Assembly (NCBI GenBank): GCA_964016885.1
Contig: OZ024744.1
Span: 6,324,001-6,388,000 of the forward strand
DNA: 64,000 nucleotides
Reading direction: 5' to 3'
Source: Eledone cirrhosa
Lineage: Eukaryota
The position numbers and the translations under genes are program-made. Shown in pieces: positions 18,001 through 29,286 of the stretch; position 1 is the stretch's first letter, and each line of letters opens with the position of its first letter. The notes beneath the pieces are model-generated. The model saw only the letters and a program-made list of their open reading frames with translations. It was not told where the DNA came from and did not search any database.

Positions 18001-20960
18001 AATGACAAGAGCAATAACAACAGCAATAACAACACCAATAACAACAAAAAGAACAACACCAATAACAACACAAATAACAACGTCAATAACAACAATTATA
18101 ACAACAACAATAACAACAACAATAACAACAACAATAACAACACCAAGAACAACATTAATAACAACACCAACAACAATAACAACAGTAATAACAACACCAA
18201 AAACAACAACATAACACCAATAACAACACCAATAACAACAACAATAACAACATCAATAGCAACAACAGTAACAACAACAATAACCACTGCAATAACAACA
18301 TCAATAACACCAATAATACCAATGACAACATCATTAATGCCAATAACAACACCAATAACAACAGTAAAAACAACATCAATAACAACATCAATAACAACAT
18401 CAATAACAACGCCAATAATAATATCAACAACAACAACAACAGCACCAATAACAACATCAATAACGCCAATAACATCAATAACACCAATAACACAAATAAA
18501 GACACCAATAACAACATCAATAACAACATCAATAAGAACACCAATGACAACACCAATAAAAACATAAATAACAACAACAATAACAACACCAATAAAAACA
18601 TTAATATCAACACCAATAACAACACCAATAACATCATAAATAACAACAACTATAACATCAACAATAACAACAACAATAACAACATCAATAACAACAACAA
18701 TAACAACACCAATAACAACCCTAATAACAACACAAATAACAACATCAATAACAACAACAGTAATAACACCATTAACAACATCAATAACAATACCAATAAC
18801 AACACCAACAACATCAATACAAACAACTATAACAACAACAATAACAACAACAATAACAACAACAATAACAACGACAATAACAACACCAACAACAATAAAA
18901 ACAAAAATAACAATAGCAATAACAACATCAATAACAACACCAATAACAACACCAATAACAACACTAATAACGACACCAATAACAACATCAATAACAACAC
19001 CAATAACAACAGCGATAACAACACTAATAACAACATCAATAACAACACCGATAACAACAGCAATAACAACACCAATAACAACATCAATAACAACACCAAT
19101 AACATCATCAATAACAACGGCAATAACAACACCAATAACACCAATAACAACATCAATAACACCAATAACAACACCAATAACAACACCAACAAAAATATCA
19201 ATAACACCAATATCACCAATAACAACAACTATGACAACAACTATAACAACAACAATAACAATAACAATAACAAAACCAATAACAACATCAATAATACCAG
19301 TAACAACACCAATAACAACAGCAATAAGAACAGCAATAACACCAATAACAACACCAATAGCACCAATAACAACATCAATAACACCAATAACAAAACTAAT
19401 AACAACAACTATAACAACAACAATAACAACAACAATAACAACAACAATAACAACACAAATAACAACATTAATAACAAAACCTACACCAATAACAGCAAAA
19501 TTAACCATTGCAATAACAACATCAATAACAACACCAATTACAACAGCAATAACAACACCAATAACAACACCAATAACATCAATAACAACACCAATAACAA
19601 CACCAATATCAACACCAATAACAACAACTATAACTAGAAAAATAACAACAGCAATAACCTAATCAATAACAACACCAATAACAACAACAATAACAACATC
19701 AATAACAACACCAATAACAACACCAATAACAACACCAATAACAACCCCAATAACAACACCAATAACAACACCAATAACAACATCAATAACAACAACAATA
19801 ACAACAACAATAACAACAACAATAACAACAACAATAACAATAACAATAACAACACCAATAACAACATTAATAACAACACCAACAACAATAACAACAAAAA
19901 TAACAATAGCAATAACAACATCATAACAACATCAATAACAACAGCAATAATAACACCAAAAACAACAACATAACACCAATAACAACACAAATAACAACAT
20001 CAATAACAACAACAATAACAACAACAATAACAACAACAATAACAACAACAATAACAATAACAATAACAACACCAATAACAACATTAATAACAACACCAAC
20101 AACAATAACAACAAAAATAACAATAGCAATAACAACATCATAACAACATCAATAACAACAGCAATAATAACACCAAAAACAACAACATAACACCAATAAC
20201 AACACCAATAACACCAGTAAGAACACCAATAACAACACCAATAACAACAGCATTAACAACATAAATATCAACAGAAATAACAACAACAATAACATCACCA
20301 TTAACAACAACAATAACACCAACAACAACACCAATAACAACACCAGTAACAACATCAATAACAAAAACAATAACAACTGCAATAACCACAACAATAACAA
20401 CACCAATATCACCAATAACCTCAATAACAACAACAATAACAAGACCAATAACAACACCAATAACAACAGCCATAACAACACCGATAACAACACCAATAAC
20501 ATACCAATAGCAACACCAACAACAACAATAACCACATTAATAACACCAATAACAACACCAATATCACCAATAACAACATCAATAACACTAATAACAACAC
20601 CAATAACAACACCTATAGCAACATCAATAACAACACCAATAACAACACCAATAACAACAACAATAATAACAACAGCAATAACAACATGAACAACACCAGT
20701 AACACCACTGATAACAACATCAATAACAACAATAAATACATCAATAACGACAACAATAACAACAGCGATAACAACACCAAAAACAACACCAATAACAACA
20801 ACAATAACAACATCAATAACAACAACAATAAATACAACACTAACTACATCAATAAACATCAATAACACGAATAACAACATTAATAACAACACCAACAACA
20901 ATAACAACACTAATAGCACCAATAACAACATCAATAACAACATCAATAACAACACCAACA
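1..20960. repeat. Giant cryptic satellite of degenerate 9/12-nt units (ATAACAACACCA, ATAACAACATCA, ATAACACCA, ATAACAACAACA); runs off the left edge
   Basis: Continuous AAC/AAT-based low-complexity sequence with almost no G on the + strand. The ORFs are poly-L/V, TTPI or poly-N artefacts with frequent phase shifts. Confidence 0.95.
9308..15228. repeat. Higher-order tandem duplication, 2 x 2,940 bp, inside the satellite
   Basis: Near-identical ORFs offset by 2,940: 9353/12293, 9862/12802, 10166/13106, 11315/14255, 11587/14527. Rare variants such as ATGCCCATAA and GGAATAACGA recur at the same offset. Confidence 0.93.
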
Positions 20961-22808
20961 TCAGGATAACTTGTGTCTCCTATTATTAGTGACTGTGGTT
21001 TCTAGAGCACTAATGGGGACATAGCCTCAGAGGTAGCACGATGGCAGTGGCCAGCAAATCAGGATAGGAGAGATTCTGCCCCCTGTTATTAGTGACTGTG
21101 ATATCTAGATCACTAATGGGGACACAACCCCAGAGATGGCACGATGGCAGCGGCCAGCAAATCAGGATAGGAAAGCTTGTGTCGCCTGTTATTAGTGACT
21201 GTGGTTTCTAGAGCAGAATGGGGACATAGCCTCAGAGGTGGCACGATGGCAGTGGCCCCCCCAAATCAGAATAGGAGAGCTTGTGTCCTCCGTTGTTAGT
21301 GACTGTGGTTTCTAGTGCACTAATGGCGACACAGCCTCAGAGGTGGGACGATGGCAGTGGCCAGCAAATCAGGATAGGGGAGGTTGTGTCCTCTGTTGTT
21401 AATGACTGTGGTCTCCAAAGAAACAATTGGGACACAGCCTCAGAGGTGGCACGTTGGCAGAGGCCAGCAAATCAGGATAGGAGAGCTTTTGTCCTCTGTT
21501 ATTACTGACTGGTTTCTAGAGCACTAATGGGGACATAGCCTCAGAGGTGGGACGATGGCAGTCGCCAGCAAATCAGGATAGGGGGCTTGTGTCCTCTGTT
21601 CTTAGTGACTGTGGTTTCCAAAGAACTAATGGGGACACAGCCTCAGAGGTGGCATGTTGGCAGTGGCCAACAAATCAGGATAGGAGAGCTTATGTCCCCT
21701 GTTATTAGTGACTGTGGTCTTCAAAGAACTAATGGGGACACAGCCTCAGCGGTGGCACGATGGCAGTGGCCAGCAAATCAGGATAGGAGAGCTTGTGTCC
21801 CCTGATATTAGTGACTGTGGTTTCTAGAGCACTAATAGGGACACAGCCTCAGAGGTGACACGATGGCCGTGACCAGCAAATCAGGCTAGGAGAGCTTGTG
21901 CCCCCTGTTATTAGTGACTGTGGTTTCTAGAGCACTAATAGGGACACAGCCTCAGAGGTGGCACGATGGCAGTGGCCAGCAAATCAGGATATGAGAGCTT
22001 GTGCCCTCTGTTATTAATGACTGTGGTTTCTAGAGCACTAATGGGGACATAGCCTCAGAGGTGGGACGATGGCAGTCGCCAGCAAATCAGGATAGGGGGC
22101 TTGTGTCCTCTGTTCTTAGTGACTGTGGTTTCCAAAGAACTAATGGGGACACAGCCTCAGAGGTGGCATGTTGGCAGTGGCCAACAAATCAGGATAGGAG
22201 AGCTTATGTCCCCTGTTATTAGTGACTGTGGTCTTCAAAGAACTAATGGGGACACAGCCTCAGCGGTGGCACGATGGCAGTGGCCAGCAAATCAGGATAG
22301 GAGAGCTTGTGTCCCCTGATATTAGTGACTGTGGTTTCTAGAGCACTAATAGGGACACAGCCTCAGAGGTGACACGATGGCCGTGACCAGCAAATCAGGC
22401 TAGGAGAGCTTGTGCCCCCTGTTATTAGTGACTGTGGTTTCTAGAGCACTAATAGGGACACAGCCTCAGAGGTGGCACGATGGCAGTGGCCAGCAAATCA
22501 GGATATGAGAGCTTGTGCCCTCTGTTATTAATGACTGTGGTTTCTAGAGCACTAATGGGGACATAGCCTCAGAGGTGGCACGATGGCAGTGGCCTGCAAA
22601 TCAGGATAGGAGAGCTTGTGTCACCTGTTATTAGTGACTGTGGTCTCCAAAGAACTAATGGGGACATAGCCTCAGAGGTGGCACGATGGCAGTGGCCTGC
22701 AAATCAGGATAGGAGAGCTTGTGTCCCCTGTTATTAGTGACTGTGGTCTCCAAAGAACTAATGGGGACATAGCCTCAGAGGTGGCACGATGGCAGTGGCC
22801 AGCAAATC
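20961..22808. repeat. 103-bp minisatellite, about 18 copies, with a 514-bp (5-unit) higher-order duplication
   Basis: Unit TCAGGATAGGAGAGCTTGTGTCCCCTGTTATTAGTGACTGTGGTTTCTAGAGCACTAATGGGGACATAGCCTCAGAGGTGGCACGATGGCAGTGGCCAGCAAA; starts at 21059 and 21162; identical ORFs at 21587 and 22101. Confidence 0.95.
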
Positions 22809-22959
22809 TTACTCTCCTCTTACGTACAATGACAGATATGCGTGGGAGGCCAGCTTACATTTCTTTCAAAGTCTGATGTCGCCAGCTTATGTTCTGAATG
22901 TCTCGAAGTAGGCAAGTGAAGGTGACAGTAGTAGTGGTAGTAGTAGTAGTATTATTAAT

Positions 22960-23047
<88 letters not shown>

Positions 23048-23152
23048 ATAGTAGTAGTAGTAGTAATGTTAGGTGCCATCAAGGTAGTAGTAGTAGTAGT
23101 AGTAGTAGAAGTCGTAGTGTTAGTATTAGTAATAGTGTTAGGTGCCATCAAT

Positions 23153-23239
<87 letters not shown>

Positions 23240-26200
23240 TAGGTGCCATCAAGGTGCCTTTGTTGTTCGGATGAAAGCGTCCATGTTTCACTTCCATATA
23301 GCAAGATTGGTTGAATTGTTACTTGGTAGAGTCTGATCTTGGTGTGGCTGGAAAGATTTGAGCGCCAAACTCGATCCATCTTGTTGTAAGCTGACCATGT
23401 TTGGGCCTTTTTGGTGGCGAAATCCCTGAATCCCTGATCCAGGACACAAGATACTTGAAATGCTCGACTTGCTTGATATCACTGCCATTGATTGTTTTGA
23501 TGTTGTTGTCTGTACGGTTTGATATGTACTCTGTTTTACCCTCATTGAGATGAAGGCCAACGAGGGAGGCTGCTTCCTGGGGAGGTGTCAAAATTTGTTG
23601 CGTAATTCTAGGTAATCTGCAAGAAGTTCAATGTCATCCGCAATGTCAAAGTCAGTAAGATGTTTAGAGGGGTGCCTAGAGCTCATGCACGTTTTGATGG
23701 TTTTACCTTTGTTATTGATTTTGTCAATTGAGAGTCTCAGGAGGTAGTCTAGTGCAACGATATAGAGGAATGGTGCAAGAGTGTCACCCCACAGCAGCCC
23801 TGCTGAGATTTCAAAGAACTCTGTTGGGCCATCAGAGTGATGATAGTGGGACTTGTGTTGAGAAACAGCCTTAATTGCTTCCACAAGTCTTGCTTTTGCT
23901 GGTATGCCATACAAGGGAAGAATTTCAAACAGAATGTCTCTGTTTATGGTGTAAAAAACTTTCCTAAAGTCAACAAAAACCAGAGCCATTTGTCTGTTGG
24001 AGTTTCTCATCTCCTCCATTTTTCTTCTCAAGGCCAAAATGTGTGCAAGTGTAGATCTACCACTCCTAAAACTGTTTTGGTTGACGCGAAGGATTGGATC
24101 AACATACGGAACTATACGGTTGAGGATTAGCTTGTTGTAGATCTTGGCAGCAATGGACATAAGTGGTAGCTGGGGGAGGGTGGGTGGGTGAGAAGTCACC
24201 TAGGGGAGGGGGACAGGCACTATGCCTGCTTTTAGTCAACTTGTTGGAGGAGTTTTGTTGCTTAAGGTGTCGTTGCAGATTGATAATAGGACTGAAGTAA
24301 GGTTTGGGTCTTTCCAAATTATACTGGGTATATTCTCGAGACTGGGTGATTTTTTGTTTTCACCTGGTTGATGTCACTCAAGGGGAAAAGTCCAGTGGAG
24401 ATGTCGAGTTCAGGTGATACCACAGACTTTGAGGGATCGCCTTCTACAGGGGATGGTTCGCCCAGTAGACCCTTGAAGTGGTCAGTCCAGCTCTTTTTCC
24501 TAGCTTCTTGAGAGCCTCCTTTTATGATGGGTGAAGGTTTCTCTTTTCTGCCAGTTATTTCGTTGACTAAATCCCATGCAGCTGCGTGCTTTTTGTTTAT
24601 ATGGAGGGTATTAAGTTTGTTTATTTTCCCCTCTACATACTCTGCAAGAGCAGTTGTGTACGCCTCATCAAGGTCTTTTTTGTATTGGGTCATTTCACTT
24701 TTCAGCAAACTAGTTGGATTTGAGTTGTACTGAGAAATCATTTGAGCGCCGAGGATACTAAGATTTGTGAGCTCAATTTCGTGAGCTTTCTTTTGGTCTT
24801 TTGCGGGAAGCTGGAAAGAACAACTTCCTCATTTGCAACAATTAGGTTCGAGTCTCAATGCAATCATCAGTACAGGTTAGTTCAGAGAAGCTATTGATGA
24901 CACTAATTGCATACCGACTGGAGAGCTCCTTATTTGATGACACTAACCTCCAGTCAATTTGTTTCAAAGGCTCAGAGGGAACTTTCTTAGGAGTATGAAG
25001 GCTAAGAGTAAAATTGGAAGAGACAATCCTGTATCATGTAATCAGATCCCACGAGAAAGAGGAATAAGTTTCAGAGTCGCGTACACTGTTTCGCTATTTT
25101 TTCCGATAAAGAAATTATCCAATTGAGCTTTACTACCGTTAGGGTAGGTGGATGACCAGAGCTTGGAGTGGTCTTTCATGAATCTATTTGTAGACGAGAA
25201 GAGTTCAAATTCGTCAAGGAGTTGCAGAAGCATTTCACCATTTCTGATTGTTTTGGTGTTGAAGGTGAATTTTACATCGTCAAGGCCTACTCTGGCATTG
25301 AAGTCGCCTGCAATAGTAAGGAAATTATGGGCTAGGACGTTTTCAATGACTGATCTCAGAGATTGATAGAAACTGGTGGTCATTTCTTCATCACTGCTGT
25401 TTGTTGGGCTATAGCAAGATATGTGAGTTTTGGATTTGAATTGAACTTGGCAACTATTATTCTGTCGTCTATCTTTTCAATGCTGATGAGGTTCTCACGT
25501 GCCTTTGATGAGAGAAGCATACCGACTCCACCAATGGTGGCGTTATTGGAGTTTTGTATGCAGAGGCAGTGACAAGCTGGAAATTGTCAGATTTGTAACC
25601 TTTAGGTCTAGATCTGGATGGAAATGTCTATGCTCTTGAAGACTGGTGATGTCAATAGCGTTGGATTTAGCGCTCGTTACTAGCTCATCAAGTCTTCCAA
25701 GAGGACCAAGAGTATTGACATTGAATGTACTAAATTGAGCAGGAGGTTTACACTTTAGGAGAGGTTGTGATCTACTTTCTGCTTTATCAAGAACAGTCTG
25801 CCTAGATGAGTCCGGGTTGAAGAATGATCTGTCATTAGTCTTAGATGATGAGGTGTGAGTTTCAGGAAAATCAGAAAAGGCAGGGGCTTGAACCCTGGTG
25901 CAAATCAAGGAATAGTCCATTTTTTCGATAGCTGGATACAAGTACACGTCGCCAGGACTGCTCAGGTCATTTTAAAGTTACTGGCAGCTCCTATTTAGCC
26001 CATACGTGAACGCATTTTGATAGGACTTCCAAACGTCCTCTAGTAAGTTTTTCCATGTGTGTTGGAGGTTTTCCTTCCTGGTATTTTTCAATGGGACTCA
26101 ATCTCCAGGCTGGTGGCTTGGAAGTGCCTCCATGATCTAACTTTGCTCAGGCTCTAAATAGTATGTCAGTCTTCACATATACACACACAGAGACATGTGT

Positions 26201-26383
26201 CCCATATAAACCACGCCCACACAGAATATACGTATTTACACACAATCGGATGGATGGTGACTCTTATGAGTTCTTCCGTCCTTTCTCATGTTTTCCGTCC
26301 CGCAGGGCGTCCAAAATCACCCTCCTCACCAAGCAAGCTTGGTGGGATTGCCGGTCTAGTCGGCGCCGACCTGACCTGACCTG
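22705..26383 (-). mobile_element. Decayed RTE-like non-LTR retrotransposon (APE endonuclease + RT); 5' boundary approximate
   Basis: APE motifs FSTFNVNTL/LQEHR (25543-25947) and IAGDFNARVG/NGEML (25042-25383); RT motifs FVDFRK, GDTLAPFLYIVALDY, DIADDI (23588-24199); FKYL; ILLYGSETW; C-terminal RKRRVRFAGHCHR. Many frameshifts. Confidence 0.85.
22925..23238. repeat. (TAG)n/(TAT)n microsatellite expansion inside the RTE ORF
   Basis: Interrupts the reading DGTYT...LLR; two extra copies of AGGTGCCATCAA are embedded (~23071, ~23140). Confidence 0.9.
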
Positions 26384-26839
26384 ATAATAATACCATTGTT
26401 GTTACTATTACCAACACAAACATTTCACACCTTAAGAACATTATTTTTTTTTATTTTTCTTTAGCTCACATATTACTCTTATTATTCGGAATGCCATCCC
26501 ATACACCTTATTATAAGTAATATAATTGATTCTATGTTTGATATATTATACATGGACGCATTTCAACTATGCTTCATTTCCAGTATCTTATTTATTATAT
26601 TTTTCCCGCTTAAATTGTAATTATCCCAAACATCCTCAATCTTCTCTCTATACCCCACCTCCTTGTGGACCCTAAACTTCCTTTCCCTTCCTTTTTATTC
26701 GCCACGACCAACCGTGAGCCTTGACACTGACACCCAACGGCCGCAACGTCGACCGTGGTCCCCAATGCGGTAACAAGCCGGTATGGAGGAGGCATAACAC
26801 ATGACACCACGGACTCCGGTGCACAAAATCGGAGTAGGC

Positions 26840-27270
26840 ACCATAACACCAGGCCTTGTAACTGCCGTAGTAAATCACAATGCCTTCTCCGGAGCAATTG
26901 CATGGTAAAAAACATCGTGACAAATGTTTGGTTGAAACACGGAACACGATGCATAACTATATCGGCGCAATATCAACTAACTTTAAGTCGAGGATGTATA
27001 ACCACACGAACTCTTTCAAGGATCGGACCAAGAAGCACTCCACTACTCTGGCGGACTTAATCTGGACGCCAAAAGACAGTTGCATGGACTTCAAGCTGCA
27101 CTGGAGTATAGTACAACGCGCGGCTGCGTATTCTGTCCGTGGGAACTGGCCGCTGCAAACTATGGCTGGCGGAAGCCATAGAAATATTAATATTAAAGCA
27201 TAATTTGGTTAATCTCAAGTCCGAAATCATCATGGCTTGCAGGCACCACAGGAAAACAGCTTTTTCCGCG
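26840..27270 (+). mobile_element. Penelope-like element remnant: Cys-rich linker + GIY-YIG endonuclease
   Basis: CNCRSKSQCLLRSNCMVKNIV, then NYIGAISTNFKSRMYNHTNSFK...TLADLIW...WSIVQRA, then NLKSEIIMACRH. Frameshifted. Confidence 0.8.
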
Positions 27271-27729
27271 CTTAACTTTCCCGGATAGGAGCTTAACGAG
27301 TGCGTGGTACATACAGACAACGGGAGTCAGGCCTACCTACGCAACGGGGTGGCCATGTGTTTTGCTGAACACCTGAACCGGCCTGTGTGCCCACTCTGCA
27401 TGCACAACTTAGCAATTATTAGAACACATACATATGTAGGGACATTCCCATGTACGTACTACCTACTAGTACATAACATCTTACACAACATAAAACGCAT
27501 GCTTATACAATCACAACTTATGGGCACATATCCAACTTATTCATACATCCTTGCTTTCATAATATCCCTTTCTGTGGTCGGCTATCCCCTCTCTGTAGAC
27601 AATATATTGCCCATCCGCCAGATTCTATTTGAAACACCCTGACATTCACTCCTGCCACATCTCCCACTCATCCATCTATATTATGTCCACATTCTAACAT
27701 TATGTTTGTATAATTTATTTTACAAATAT

Positions 27730-28192
27730 GGCTATCTGTGTGAATGTGTATGTGTATGTCTGTATATATATATATATATATATGTGTATATATGTATTAT
27801 GTAGGTATATGTATTTGTGTGTAGGTGTCTTTGTGTGTTTGTATGTATGTATGTGCGTGCGTGAGAGTGTGTGGCTATATAGGTGTGACTGTGTGCGTGT
27901 GTATGTGTATGGAGGTATATGTATGTAGTATGCATGTGAGTATATATATATCTGTATGTGTGTGTATATATATATATGTGTATATATGTATGTGTGTATG
28001 TATATATATATATCTGTATGTGTGTATATATATATCTGTATGTGTGTGTATATATATATATAAGGATAAGCAGTAGAAATAAAACCTATTCATACATATA
28101 TATATGTATACACACACATACATGTATACACACACATATATATATATGTGTGTGTATATATGTATGTGTGTATATACATATATATATGTATG
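27730..28192. repeat. Compound (TA)/(TG)/(CA) microsatellite
   Basis: Direct inspection. Confidence 0.9.
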
Positions 28193-28293
28193 AATAGGTT
28201 TTATTTCTACTGCTTATCCTTTATCTGTTCTGTTATTACTTTATCTTTTGTTTTTATATATAGATATTTGTTATTATTATTTTATCTTTATAG

Positions 28294-28485
28294 GGAGGTG
28301 GATTGGCAGTATCAGCAGAGGGTCGGACGCAATGTTTTGCAGCATAGAGTTACGTCCCTTTACGGTTTGAGTTCAAATCCCGCCGAGGTTAACTTTGCCA
28401 TTCATCCTTAAGGGGTCGCTAAAATAAAGTACCAGTAATGTACTGGTTTATTGATGGCCTTGTGCCAACAGTAGAAACAATTATT
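28294..28485 (+). mobile_element. tRNA-derived SINE, copy 1
   Basis: A-box-like TGGCAGTATCAG, B box GTTCAAATCC (28371-28380), body AACTTTGCCATTCATCCTTAAGGGGTCG..AAAGTACCAGT, short ATT tail; second copy at 33839. Confidence 0.85.
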
Positions 28486-28569
28486 TTGTCCGTAGTATTT
28501 ATTTTCTTATCGCCTCTGTAACTTTGTAAGGATTGCTTTTGTATTCTTGTATTGCTTTATCTCCTCACT

Positions 28570-28905
28570 GACTATAGCAGCGGACTTCCGGCTAATACTA
28601 TAACAGCGGACTTCCGGCTATGACTATAGCAGCGGACTTCCGGCTAATACTATAGCAGCGGACTTCCGGCTAAGACTATAGCCACGGACTTCCGGCTAAG
28701 ACTATAGCAGCGGACTTCCGGCTAAGACTATAGTAGTGGACTTCCGGCTAAGGCTATAAGTGTGCACTTCCGGCTAAGACTATAGCAGTGGACTTCCGGA
28801 TAAGAATATAGCAGCGGACTTCCGGGTAAGACTATAGCAGCGGACTTCCGGCTAAGACTATAGCAGCGGACTTCTAGCTAAGACGATAACAGGGAACTTC
28901 CGGCA
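28570..28905. repeat. 26-bp minisatellite, about 13 copies (GACTATAGCAGCGGACTTCCGGCTAA)
   Basis: Period 26 (28570, 28596, 28622...). Confidence 0.93.
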
Positions 28906-29104
28906 GACGAGACGCCACGCAAGGATGAGTATGCGAAATTGACCACAGATAGCGGCAAGAGCTGGTAAATTATAGGCTACCTCCAACTGTGAATTGACCG
29001 AATCAACAAGTAGAATATGGTGATGAAACTCCCCCCTTTTGTCCGAGTGTGTGGTAGCATAAAAGAATATTCAACAACTCTCAGACACGAGTCTACATGT
29101 TAAA

Positions 29105-29196
29105 ACATATCTGAGGAACTTCAGATTCCAGAGTCAGGTTCGATCATCAAGAGATCAATCCTCGAGCTGATTGACAGTGAAACATATGTAATATGT
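29105..29196 (+). ncRNA. Type I hammerhead ribozyme candidate with extended stem II
   Basis: Stem I ACATAT/ATATGT; core CTGAGGA (29111-17); stem II ACT...AGT; GAAAC-ATAT-GTA with palindromic stem III. Confidence 0.7.
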
Positions 29197-29286
29197 AATT
29201 AAATATGTATATGATGTAACACTGATTATTTTTAACTCCCACTTTAAATCCTGGTATCGGTTTATTTTCTCCTTCCCCTTTTAAAT

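Noticed and set aside
1-20960. Giant mucin-like (TTPI) exon or poly-Leu/Val membrane proteins
   Set aside because: The frame shifts every few hundred bases, and the shifts are preserved in the duplicated block; the ORFs arise from repeat composition.
20961-22808. CRISPR array
   Set aside because: Tandem units without unique spacers, no cas genes, eukaryotic context; the unit is LINE-derived.
28294-28390. tRNA gene
   Set aside because: No cloverleaf; it continues into a SINE body present in several copies.
27728-28411. ORFs rich in CV/YI/HT
   Set aside because: Translations of dinucleotide microsatellites.
28570-28905. CRISPR or iteron array
   Set aside because: Contiguous tandem 26-mers with no spacers.
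28900-28945. Hammerhead at CAGACGA...GCGAAA
   Set aside because: Core mismatch and no stem I or III.
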